This document shows positions 29,456 to 38,239 of a stretch of 64,000 nt of DNA, in pieces. This DNA is from a virus (lineage: Duplodnaviria > Caudoviricetes): IMG/VR virus record IMGVR_UViG_3300038345_000103, positions 11,255 to 75,254 of that record. The stretch is one strand, 5' to 3'. Within the stretch, counting starts at the first letter, position 1. The number at the start of each line of letters is the position of its first letter. The notes under the pieces were generated by a model. That model did not search any database. It was not told where the DNA came from and saw only the letters and a program-made list of their open reading frames with translations. Both the position numbers and the translations under genes were made by a program.

Positions 29456-30297
29456 TAACAATGTGTCATAGTCTCCCTACATGGTGACATGTAGTAAAAA
29501 AGTCTGTGAACCTATAAGTATGTAGGGTGTCAAGATGACAATTAAGGAACTGTAGGAAATGACAGCTAGCATCTTGGCTAACAGGGGAAGCCTGAAAAGG
29601 TAATCCTGTGGTAAGTTAGATAAGTTATGAAAGGACAGCACGATGGGATTTGAAGAGATTCGGGAACGATGGCATGTTATTGATGGATTTGAGAACTACG
29701 CCGTAACTGAGAGCGGTAAGGTGTATAGTATCAATCCTTATCATCGTGGCGACAAACTGCGTGAAATCTCAAAGCGTGGGATTTATGATTCCAAACGTTA
29801 TTTATCTGTTTCTTGTTGCAAGGACAATAAAGAATATTATCTGCAGATACATAGACTGGTTGGGAAGTATTTCCTTGACGGTTACTTTGATGGAGCAGAA
29901 ATTGACCATAAAGACAATGATAAACATAACAACCATTATACAAATCTTGAATGGGTAACACATCGTGAGAATATGCGTCGTTCATTTATAAGAATGAGTC
30001 CGGTGAGGAATTTTAAATTGTGGAGTCTTGTATCTCCTGAGGGTCTTGTTTCTCCTGCCTTAAAAGGACATGGCGAAATAGTGCAGTATATACAAGTTAA
30101 TAATTTAGATATTTCAATCTCAATGTTAGAGAAGCACAAAGTTCATCACGGATACAAACTCATTAACTTATCTAAAAACTGCAACGACTAATTGTAGGGT
30201 ACAAGCATGGTGAAAGTCCAAACCCGAAGCGCAGACCTCTCGTTAAGACGAGATGAAGAGATAGTCTACTTCCCTTATGCGAATAAGAGTATAAAGG
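29456..30297 (+). ncRNA. self-splicing group I intron in dnaE
   Basis: P1: exon GGAGAU pairs with GUCUCC (29471-76) with U.G at the splice site; P10: GUGUCA with exon-2 UGACAC; P3: GUCUGUG/CGCAGAC; P7: GACUA/UAGUC; terminal G30297; splicing restores GD|IDTD in frame. Confidence 0.9.
29643..30191 (+). CDS. intron-encoded NUMOD4-HNH homing endonuclease
   Basis: W-VIDGFENYAVTESGKVYS; IDHKDNDKHNNHYTNLEWVTHRENM. Confidence 0.9.
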   Translation: MGFEEIRERWHVIDGFENYAVTESGKVYSINPYHRGDKLREISKRGIYDSKRYLSVSCCKDNKEYYLQIHRLVGKYFLDGYFDGAEIDHKDNDKHNNHYTNLEWVTHRENMRRSFIRMSPVRNFKLWSLVSPEGLVSPALKGHGEIVQYIQVNNLDISISMLEKHKVHHGYKLINLSKNCND

Positions 30298-32139
30298 ATT
30301 GACACAGATTGGTACGATGATGATAGAGGAAAGATTTATAATTACATAACAAACCGATTCGGCACTGAAAAAACGGCTTTTATTCTTTTGTTAGGAACCT
30401 TAGCAGATAAGAATACTATTGATACCATTATACGTGGCATACGTAAGATGAAGCCAAATTGTAAATATACCGATGAGGATGCGGCTTATATTAAAGATTT
30501 ATTTGGAAAAGATGAACAGGCTGCACGCAAAAAATATGCTGATGTATTTTACTATTACGATGGTTTAATCAATACGCCGGTATCGCAATCGCAACATCCT
30601 GCAGGTATTGTTGCAAGTCCCATAAATCTAATTGAAGCCTGTGGAATGTTTTTAGGAACAGACAAACAACAGATACTTCCACTTGATATGGAAGATTGTC
30701 ATAGCATGGGTCTTATCAAGTATGATATTCTTGGACTTAAGACTATTGGAGTTATTGATAAAATCTGTAAAATGATAGGAAAACACTTTCCTTCAGCACA
30801 TGAAATCAATTTTGATGACCAAGCGGTTTATGATGATATGAATGATAATCCTTCAACGATATTTCAGTTTGAATCTTCTTATGCAGGTGGTTGTTTTAAG
30901 AAGATGGGCTGTCATAGCATTGATGATATTACGTTAGTTAATGCGGCTTTACGTCCGGGCGGAGCATCGTATCGTGATAGATTGTTTAATCATGAAATCA
31001 ATGATAATGGGTCTAAAATTATCAATGATATTTTACAGGAGAGTTATGGATTTTTGTGCTATCAGGAGGAAATTACGGCTTTCCTGCAATACGTTTGCGG
31101 GTTCAGCGGTTCCGATGCAGACTCAATAAGACGTGCCATAGGTAAAAAGGACGCAGCGAAGATAGAAAAGGCTCTTCCTCAAATCCTTGAAGGCTATTGT
31201 TCTAAATCAGATAAACCACGAGAAGTTGCAGAACAAGAAGCAAAGAACTTTTTAAAAGTTATTGAAGATGCTAGCGAATATATGTTCAATAAAAATCATG
31301 CTGTTGGTTATAGCTTATTGTCATATCTTTGCGGTTATTATCGACACTATTATCCTGTTGAATATTGTACTGCTTATATCTTATGTGCTAAAAATCAAGA
31401 TGACTTTTTAGCCGGCAGAGCGTTGGCTAATTATATGAACATCAAAATTATGGATATTCAGTTCCGTTATGCTTCATGGGATTATCGTCCTGACGCTAAG
31501 AATCGGACTATCTACAAGGGATTGCTTGGCGTTAAGTACATGAATAAAAAAGCGGCTGAAGCATTATACTCATTAAGGAATGTTCAATTTGAAGATTTTG
31601 TTGACCTATTGTTCCAAGCTCAACAGAAGAAAGTTGATGCAAGACAGTTAAGCATCTTGATTCAATTGAATTTCTTTAAGGAGTTTGGCGGTATCAGTTA
31701 CCTGTTAAAAATACTGGAAGTTTATAAGAAGTATAAGGATAGGAAACAGGCTGCTACAATCATACGTAATGAGATACAAAACTTTAGGTCACGACAAGCT
31801 ACTGATATTGAAGCAATCGAATATGAGTTCGATGCTATAGGAACATTAAGCCGTGTTTGTCCTGAAATGCCTAAGAGTTATTACTTTATCGTTGGTAAAA
31901 AGGGCAGAGCAGGACAGCTATATCAGATGCCGACTGGAAAAATTTACAATATCAAATTCACTAAGAAAGAATTGTTTGATGTGGGTATGCTGATTAAAGT
32001 TACCTCTGTTAAACAGGATAAACGATGGTATAAAGATGAGAATGGCAAGTGGCAACAAAGAAAAGGTGAAAATGAAAATGAATTTGAACCTGTCATTCAT
32101 GAATTTTCCGTACTAAACGGCAAACAAGACGAAAATTAA
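30298..32139 (+). CDS. dnaE: DnaE exon 2
   Basis: IDTD catalytic motif, HPAGIV, KYDILGL, FQFES, LCYQEE, FNKNHA. Confidence 0.92.
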   Translation: MDTDWYDDDRGKIYNYITNRFGTEKTAFILLLGTLADKNTIDTIIRGIRKMKPNCKYTDEDAAYIKDLFGKDEQAARKKYADVFYYYDGLINTPVSQSQHPAGIVASPINLIEACGMFLGTDKQQILPLDMEDCHSMGLIKYDILGLKTIGVIDKICKMIGKHFPSAHEINFDDQAVYDDMNDNPSTIFQFESSYAGGCFKKMGCHSIDDITLVNAALRPGGASYRDRLFNHEINDNGSKIINDILQESYGFLCYQEEITAFLQYVCGFSGSDADSIRRAIGKKDAAKIEKALPQILEGYCSKSDKPREVAEQEAKNFLKVIEDASEYMFNKNHAVGYSLLSYLCGYYRHYYPVEYCTAYILCAKNQDDFLAGRALANYMNIKIMDIQFRYASWDYRPDAKNRTIYKGLLGVKYMNKKAAEALYSLRNVQFEDFVDLLFQAQQKKVDARQLSILIQLNFFKEFGGISYLLKILEVYKKYKDRKQAATIIRNEIQNFRSRQATDIEAIEYEFDAIGTLSRVCPEMPKSYYFIVGKKGRAGQLYQMPTGKIYNIKFTKKELFDVGMLIKVTSVKQDKRWYKDENGKWQQRKGENENEFEPVIHEFSVLNGKQDEN

Positions 32140-32141
32140 GA

Positions 32142-32171
32142 TTGACAAATCGTATTGTCCTATGTTATATT
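32142..32171 (+). promoter_or_regulatory. sigma-A promoter overlapped by an inverted repeat
   Basis: TTGACA-18 nt-TATATT with extended TG; TGTCCTA(32156)/TAGGACA(32181). Confidence 0.6.
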
Positions 32172-32286
32172 TAAAATGCGTAGGACATATGGCAGTGGAA
32201 GTGCCCGTCTTTCTCCTTTATATCGAACAGGCACGAATTAAGACAGAACCCATTTCACGGGCACTTCCAATTTGAATGGAGGTCAT

Positions 32287-32559
32287 ATGCAAATCGGAGA
32301 TACATGTTATTTCTGCAACGTGGTTCCACAATGCGGAATATATGAATGTGAAGAACTAAAGATAAGAACGGTTACCGATAGATATTATGTCGGTGTCAAC
32401 ATTAAAACAAAACAAGCCACTGTATTTACTGAAGATATGATTGATACATATGTATTTGTTCATCGGATAGATGCAGTGCAAGCACTAAGAGATTACGAGG
32501 AGAAAAAGAATGGACGTGGAAGTATCACCCAAGTACAAGGGCAAGAACCCGAAGTCTAA
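32287..32559 (+). CDS. hypothetical protein
   Basis: RBS GGAGG. Confidence 0.6.
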   Translation: MQIGDTCYFCNVVPQCGIYECEELKIRTVTDRYYVGVNIKTKQATVFTEDMIDTYVFVHRIDAVQALRDYEEKKNGRGSITQVQGQEPEV

Positions 32560-32788
32560 AAATGAACTGGCAATGACACCTTCGCAATACAAGGTTACAG
32601 AGTTCATTGAAATGATGACTGCAAAACTAACCGGAGCCGAAGCTATAAATACTGCAAACGCACTACAGTGTTTATGCGATTGGACTCAGAACGGCGGATA
32701 TAAATCATTAGCGAAGAGTAGATGGTATATCAATAGATTGATTAAACATCTACAGACACAAAAGGATGACAAGGAGACAAAAGAATAA
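32510..32788 (+). CDS. DUF3310-like phage protein
   Basis: weak resemblance: PSQY..IE...SLAKSRWYINRLI. Confidence 0.45.
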   Translation: MDVEVSPKYKGKNPKSKNELAMTPSQYKVTEFIEMMTAKLTGAEAINTANALQCLCDWTQNGGYKSLAKSRWYINRLIKHLQTQKDDKETKE

Positions 32789-32890
32789 GACAAAAACGAC
32801 AGAAACAACATAGGGCGGACAACTTAAGGTCAAGAACATCGAAGGATATTATGTTAGTATCTGTCGTTTTTTATACCCTCAGGAGGATAC

Positions 32891-33073
32891 ATGATGTGTC
32901 TTAATAATGGCGATTGTGCAACGTGTTCTAATGCTGTTGCAATTATTAAATATTCATGCGGTGGCGATGATACAAAATGCGATTATCGATGTGGAGCCTG
33001 TAAAGACCATATTGAGATTGTAGTTCAATATATCTGCAAGGATAATTTAAAAACAAAGAGGAAAAAGAAATGA
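32891..33073 (+). CDS. small Cys-rich protein
   Basis: RBS AGGAGG. Confidence 0.55.
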   Translation: MMCLNNGDCATCSNAVAIIKYSCGGDDTKCDYRCGACKDHIEIVVQYICKDNLKTKRKKK

Positions 33074-33255
33074 TAACTTGTGATGAAAATTGCAGTACAT
33101 GTCTTTATGCTGACTCTAAGTATGAATATGTATGCACCGCTATTCCTAAAGGGCAAGCAACCTGTGGAACAACCTGTGAATATTGTACTTATGGAACACG
33201 TAGAATCAAAGAATACTATTGCAAATTAAAACATACTATAATAAGGGTGAGATAA
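33070..33255 (+). CDS. small Cys-rich protein
   Basis: ATGA overlap. Confidence 0.55.
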   Translation: MITCDENCSTCLYADSKYEYVCTAIPKGQATCGTTCEYCTYGTRRIKEYYCKLKHTIIRVR

Positions 33256-33443
33256 TGTACGAAGCGGCTTATAAACATATATACAGTACTTTTGTTCAGC
33301 GATTAATCACTACATCAAAAAGCAATGAATGGAAGCAGGGCGTGAATGAGGTATTGACCGAGATGGAAAAAGTAATACCCGAAATAAAAGTAATCAGAGA
33401 AGACCTTGAAACATGGACGGAGGATTTAAAACATGGAAATTAA
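33255..33443 (+). CDS. hypothetical protein
   Basis: coupled ORF. Confidence 0.5.
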   Translation: MYEAAYKHIYSTFVQRLITTSKSNEWKQGVNEVLTEMEKVIPEIKVIREDLETWTEDLKHGN

Positions 33444-34011
33444 AGATAGTGGAGACAGAAGAGAGTTTGCCGGCGGAGGTGTTCGTGATATGGCAGAGGG
33501 CAAGGGCGCCTGTCATTTACTGCCATTAGATATTGTTGCCGGTGTCTATGAATATGTTGATAAAACAGGAAAAGATAATATTATATTTAACCCTGCTAAG
33601 GTTTTAAATAATATCAATGAGTTTATTAGACGTGGATGCACTAAGGGTATTTATGATAACATCGCAGCTTTTGCTTATTGGCATTATCAAACACTTGAAA
33701 CAGCTATGCTTGAAGTTGCAATTCACTATGAAATGGGAGCAAAAAAGTATGAACCCCGAAACTGGGAGAGGATTATGGAGACCGATACTTTTGTTGATTC
33801 AGCCACAAGACACTTCTTTAAGTTCATGCGTGGGGACGATGACGAACCGCATGACAGAGCATTTTTATGGAATCTATTAGGTTTATTATGGACAGTAAAA
33901 CAACTTGCAAAGAAGGACATCGCCAATGACTTACAAACAGGCTTATTTGACACTATACGGCAAAATGCAGCAATGGTTACAGGACAGTCGAAGTCCCGTC
34001 TCGAAAAATAA
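33433..34011 (+). CDS. dATP/dGTP diphosphohydrolase domain protein (DUF5664)
   Basis: DSGDRREF-GGGVRD-EGKG; GAKKY-RNWE; SATRH; DEPHDRA-LWN. Confidence 0.8.
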   Translation: MEIKDSGDRREFAGGGVRDMAEGKGACHLLPLDIVAGVYEYVDKTGKDNIIFNPAKVLNNINEFIRRGCTKGIYDNIAAFAYWHYQTLETAMLEVAIHYEMGAKKYEPRNWERIMETDTFVDSATRHFFKFMRGDDDEPHDRAFLWNLLGLLWTVKQLAKKDIANDLQTGLFDTIRQNAAMVTGQSKSRLEK

Positions 34012-34091
34012 TTCTTTGAAGCAGGACTACTCATTATCGCGTTGTGTTAATATGGCACGCATGTTGTTAGGACAAATAGAGGAAGAGACTA

Positions 34092-34424
34092 ATGAATGAA
34101 ATATTAAATGATTTTATTATGGGCAAACAGGATTTAAAAACCACAGAAGATATGATTATTCAAACATTAGAGGATATGGCAATACATCTTAAGTCTTGTC
34201 CGTTTTGCGGTGGAGATGCAAAACTAATCAAGAAACATGAGTGTATAGACATGCAATTCGACGATGACCATGATTATGCACATGTTGAATGCTCCAAGTG
34301 CGGCTCAAGAGGTACAAGATTTGAGGCTCGTAATGCAAGGTATCATTCAGATACTTGCAAAGCAGAACTCGAAGAAATTAAACATAAAGCTATCGAAGCA
34401 TGGAATAGGAGAATTACAGCGTGA
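34092..34424 (+). CDS. Lar-family restriction alleviation protein
   Basis: LKSCPFCGG..VECSKCG..AIEAWNRR. Confidence 0.75.
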   Translation: MNEILNDFIMGKQDLKTTEDMIIQTLEDMAIHLKSCPFCGGDAKLIKKHECIDMQFDDDHDYAHVECSKCGSRGTRFEARNARYHSDTCKAELEEIKHKAIEAWNRRITA

Positions 34425-34681
34425 TTACAGCACAAGAAGCAAATCTTAAAACACGTAACAAAACAATTATTAAGGAAATAGAGTCTCTAATAGAAACTCT
34501 TATTGATAATGGTATTGATAATGGATTATATAACTGTACTTTTAATTTTGATTTAGATACTCCCATTGAAATACAAGCCTATATTATTCAAAAGTTACGA
34601 GACCTTGGCTATGAAGTATCTACACCAGTTACGCGTACCATAATTATTGAATGGTTAATCAGGGAGATGGCAAAAAAATGA
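34421..34681 (+). CDS. hypothetical protein
   Basis: MITAQEA..LRDLGYEV. Confidence 0.55.
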   Translation: MITAQEANLKTRNKTIIKEIESLIETLIDNGIDNGLYNCTFNFDLDTPIEIQAYIIQKLRDLGYEVSTPVTRTIIIEWLIREMAKK

Positions 34682-34950
34682 GAATATTATTTAAAAACAA
34701 ACATAATGAGTATACTTTAATTGAAACAGATAGTGTAGGAGTATCAAAAGGTTATTTTTATTTTTCACATGAATATTTAGTTGCCCAAGAAACATCGATT
34801 TATACACGTGCAGATTTTCGTTTCAAACTTTCAAGCGATGAAGTTGGAAAATCTATTTTATATACACTTTTAGATGGGAAATGGCTTAATTTGGAAGATG
34901 AGTCGCTTGAAATTTATGATGTTGATAAGCGTGAATATATAGAATATTAA
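34678..34950 (+). CDS. hypothetical protein
   Basis: operon ORF. Confidence 0.5.
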   Translation: MRILFKNKHNEYTLIETDSVGVSKGYFYFSHEYLVAQETSIYTRADFRFKLSSDEVGKSILYTLLDGKWLNLEDESLEIYDVDKREYIEY

Positions 34951-34975
34951 ATATATATTTGAGGAAGGAAATTAG

Positions 34976-35212
34976 ATGCCTATGCAAAGACCTGAAGAAA
35001 TAGATAAAGCCATAGCAGGATTACAAGACTTTGATACGGTGTCTTGGTATCAAGATTGGTTTAATGCTGTATACGTTTACATTGAAAACCTTGAAACAAA
35101 AGGACAATGCCTTAACGAAATTTTGGAGTATATGAACGACTCTACTGTAACATGGAGAGATATTAGCGATGATATTATCAACAATATATTAAAAAAATAC
35201 AATTTCAAATAA
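34976..35212 (+). CDS. hypothetical protein
   Basis: RBS GAGGAAGG. Confidence 0.5.
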   Translation: MPMQRPEEIDKAIAGLQDFDTVSWYQDWFNAVYVYIENLETKGQCLNEILEYMNDSTVTWRDISDDIINNILKKYNFK

Positions 35213-35236
35213 TATTAAACTTTTATAGGAGAATAT

Positions 35237-35446
35237 ATGTTGTTTAGAGAAGATGGAAAGATAATGTTTAAGGCGCATTGTTTAAAAAGTTATGACCGTC
35301 CTTTAAAACCATACAAAGAATTTATTGAAGCATCGTCTGAAGAGGAAGCGGTCAAAGAGTTATTAAAAAAATATATTGCAGTTCCAATTATTAGACCAGA
35401 AACACATATTTTTATTGATAGGTGGGAACGTAAAAATGGACAATAG
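35237..35446 (+). CDS. hypothetical protein
   Basis: RBS AGGAG. Confidence 0.5.
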   Translation: MLFREDGKIMFKAHCLKSYDRPLKPYKEFIEASSEEEAVKELLKKYIAVPIIRPETHIFIDRWERKNGQ

Positions 35447-35723
35447 AGATATTTTAACAAAATATTTTACAGATGATAATATTAAAAACATCTGGGGAAC
35501 CATGTATGGTGGGAAGGACCCTGAAACTGAATGTATTATCAGTATCGCTAAAAATGCTTTAGAACTTACTCGTGATGCAGATGAATTTATTTATATTTGG
35601 GGATACCCGGGACCCGATGCCAACCTTTATAAGTTCTCAGATTATGGCATAACATGGGCTTTTACAAGAGAAGAATTGTCTCAATACAAAACTTACGAAG
35701 AAAAGCACTATAAGGGAGAATAA
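35436..35723 (+). CDS. hypothetical protein
   Basis: operon ORF. Confidence 0.55.
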   Translation: MDNRDILTKYFTDDNIKNIWGTMYGGKDPETECIISIAKNALELTRDADEFIYIWGYPGPDANLYKFSDYGITWAFTREELSQYKTYEEKHYKGE

Positions 35724-35729
35724 CGACTT

Positions 35730-35801
35730 AGCCCCTTCACCAAATGGCAAGGTACAGGATTTTGATTCCTGCATGTACTGGTTCGAATCCAGTAGGGGCT
35801 G
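35730..35801 (+). tRNA. tRNA-Gln(TTG)
   Basis: acceptor stem AGCCCCT/AGGGGCT; anticodon stem CAGGA/TCCTG with loop TT-TTG-AT; T arm ACTGG-TTCGAAT-CCAGT; CCA not encoded. Confidence 0.9.
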
Positions 35802-35983
35802 TGCAGATAACTAAGATATTGTTATCTACATCATAGTCAGTGAGAAACAGACTATAAACAATTCTCGTCGTTACAACGGCACGAATATATATTGAGAGAG
35901 GGTGCTTGTAGATATATATTTTTGGAGAGGTTTCGAGAACCACCGTTATTCCTCTATAAAAAAAGCGGAACGAGGGGCATCCT

Positions 35984-36161
35984 ATTCAGGTGGTGGAATG
36001 GGTAGACACAAATACAAATTCACGAAGATTTCAGCAGTTAACGGTTGGCGGTCATGCGAGGGTTGAGACTACGTGCCGAAAAAGCGGAACCAGTTGGAGA
36101 ACATATACTCAAATCGTGAAGAAAAAGACCGTATGTAAGGTTCGAATCCTTACCCTGAATA
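35984..36161 (+). ncRNA. tRNA-like RNA with an insert of about 110 nt at the anticodon arm
   Basis: ATTCAGG/CCTGAAT acceptor stem; class-II D arm GTGGAATGGGTAGACAC; T arm GTAAGG-TTCGAAT-CCTTAC. Confidence 0.65.
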
Positions 36162-36181
36162 TATTTTTAGAGGCGAAGCGT

Positions 36182-36376
36182 ATGAATAAAGAAAATAAAA
36201 GCATTGGAAAATGGATACCTCATTGGGTAAATAGTGATTATTTTAATAATGAGAATCTTTTATATTTTTTAGTGTCGCATGGATGTTATTGTTCATTATG
36301 CGGATATTGGCATAAATGTGACCCATATCCAAAGTTCTGTCCTAAATGTAAGGCGGAATTAAAAGAACCATTTTAG
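36182..36376 (+). CDS. Zn-ribbon small protein
   Basis: GKWI..CSLCG..CPKCKAEL; likely true start of track ORF 35990..36376. Confidence 0.55.
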   Translation: MNKENKSIGKWIPHWVNSDYFNNENLLYFLVSHGCYCSLCGYWHKCDPYPKFCPKCKAELKEPF

Positions 36377-36510
36377 GAGACAATATGATAATACAAACTA
36401 TTGATGGAAGAATCTTATATGTTGATATGTATGGACATATTTTGGCTGAATATTCAGATGGACAATGGTATGCATATATATTAACCCAATAAACAATTTT
36501 AGGAGAAAAA

Positions 36511-36720
36511 ATGGGCAAAAATAAACCACGTAAATTCCCAAATAAGAAACAAAACAATTATGTTTATCCGTGTCCATATTATGAAAATATTAATGGCAAT
36601 TATTATTGTGAAGGCGGGGAAACAAATTCAGCTAGGATATGCAAAGGTAATCAACATAATTGTATAAAAACTTTATATCATCGTCTTGCAAGCAGAAGTG
36701 ATAAATGGGGGAATGTTTAA
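36511..36720 (+). CDS. hypothetical protein
   Basis: RBS AGGAG. Confidence 0.55.
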   Translation: MGKNKPRKFPNKKQNNYVYPCPYYENINGNYYCEGGETNSARICKGNQHNCIKTLYHRLASRSDKWGNV

Positions 36721-37031
36721 TGAAATTATTAAAATCAGGTTTGGTGTCCAAGGATGGCATACATTTTAATTGCAACTATTGTCGATGTGAATTTCTTATT
36801 GAAGACAGGAATGATTGGACAATTCAATGGTTAAAAGACTTGGCAAATAACCCACCTAAAAAAGTGGCTGAATATTATGTGCGATGTCCAGAATGCCATA
36901 CAGAACATTGTATCGGCTGCAACCCCAATAAGATTACTCACAATTTGATAACTCCTTTTCAAATTATGTTTGATAGGGAAGATTGGGATGAAAGATACGA
37001 TATGGAGACCGAATTAGGAATTATCGAATAA
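36720..37031 (+). CDS. Zn-finger protein
   Basis: CNYCRCEF..CPECH. Confidence 0.55.
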   Translation: MKLLKSGLVSKDGIHFNCNYCRCEFLIEDRNDWTIQWLKDLANNPPKKVAEYYVRCPECHTEHCIGCNPNKITHNLITPFQIMFDREDWDERYDMETELGIIE

Positions 37032-37054
37032 CCAAACAATATGAGAATTAAGAG

Positions 37055-38239
37055 GTGATGTATATCGACAAATTGTTGCAGTTTGCTCAGGAGCATGGTA
37101 TGATAGACCTTGCTCTCATACAGCAAGAATACGACAAGATGAAACGACAACAAATTCTTGAAGGTCAGAAGATATGGCAAGCCTCAGACGGACGATGGAA
37201 AACTTATATTGAAGTTGCCGGTAAGAGGAAATTGATAGCCAAGAGTGACAGGGCAACTCTTGAAGCCACTATCTTCAAAATGCTGAAAGACCCTATACTT
37301 ACATTCAAAGAATGCTTTGACTGTTGGATTAAGGACAAGCTTGATTACGGAGAAATCCAACGTCAAACCTATGACCGATACACGGCAGATTTTAAACGTT
37401 ATATCCACAACACTGAACTTGAACATCTTAATATCAAAAATATCAACGAACTCTTTCTTGAACAATTTATTAAACAGCAGATTTCCAATAATAAATTGAC
37501 CGCTAAGAACTGGGGTAACATGCGTATTATAATCAACGGCACCATGATATATGCCCATAAACACGGCTACACTGATTTTCGAATCAGTTTATTTATGTCG
37601 GAACTGCAATTATCAAACAAAATGTTTGAGCGAAAAATCGTTAAGGATAAAGAACAAGTGTTTGATAAAAATGAAGAAGATAAGATAAAGCAGTATGTAA
37701 CCGACAATCCGTCCATGCTTGGACTTGGTGTGGTGCTAGCCTTCCATACAGGTCTCAGGATTGGCGAAGTGGCTGCTCTTAAATGGGATGATTGGAAAGA
37801 TGATATTCTGATAGTTCAACGTACTGAAATCAAATATAAGAATGATAAAGGTGAATGGATAGAAGAGGTAAGAAACTTCACGAAGGGCAGAGATGGTATT
37901 AGAGAAGTCGTCCTGACAGAGGAAGCAAAGAGGGTACTGTATCAACTTTATTCTTACACTGGACCGCAACACGATTATATTTTTATGCGTGACAATCAAC
38001 GGATTAAAGCCGCATGGCTGTCAAATAAAATCGAATCGATATGCCGATGTATCAATATTCCGCATCGTAGTTTTCATAAAATACGAAAGACATATGCTAC
38101 TACGTTAATAGACGCCGGCGTAGGTGAGAATGTCATTATAAACCAGATGGGTCATACTGAAATCCTCACCACCAAAAGATTTTACTATTATAATAAGGAA
38201 GAGATTGCCGACATCAAAACCCAACTTGATAAAGTGTAA
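37055..38239 (+). CDS. int: phage integrase (tyrosine recombinase)
   Basis: arm-binding N-terminus; HTGLRIGE, TKG, FHKIRKTY, MGH, RFYY. Confidence 0.92.
   Translation: MMYIDKLLQFAQEHGMIDLALIQQEYDKMKRQQILEGQKIWQASDGRWKTYIEVAGKRKLIAKSDRATLEATIFKMLKDPILTFKECFDCWIKDKLDYGEIQRQTYDRYTADFKRYIHNTELEHLNIKNINELFLEQFIKQQISNNKLTAKNWGNMRIIINGTMIYAHKHGYTDFRISLFMSELQLSNKMFERKIVKDKEQVFDKNEEDKIKQYVTDNPSMLGLGVVLAFHTGLRIGEVAALKWDDWKDDILIVQRTEIKYKNDKGEWIEEVRNFTKGRDGIREVVLTEEAKRVLYQLYSYTGPQHDYIFMRDNQRIKAAWLSNKIESICRCINIPHRSFHKIRKTYATTLIDAGVGENVIINQMGHTEILTTKRFYYYNKEEIADIKTQLDKV

Noticed and set aside
29456-30297. Intein or pseudogene explanation for the dnaE break
   Set aside because: An in-frame stop, group I pairings and exact motif restoration indicate RNA splicing.
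35984-36161. tmRNA
   Set aside because: It has a full D arm, no G3:U70 pair, and no tag reading frame ending in Ala-stop.
35990-36181. N-terminal half of track ORF 35990..36376
   Set aside because: It overlaps the tRNA-like element; ATG 36182 with an upstream GAGG is the more plausible start.
21-37999. Minus-strand ORFs in the left arm, and short opposite-strand or alternate-frame ORFs over the late genes, in the supplied track
   Set aside because: They are shadows of well-supported genes, with no RBS or motifs.
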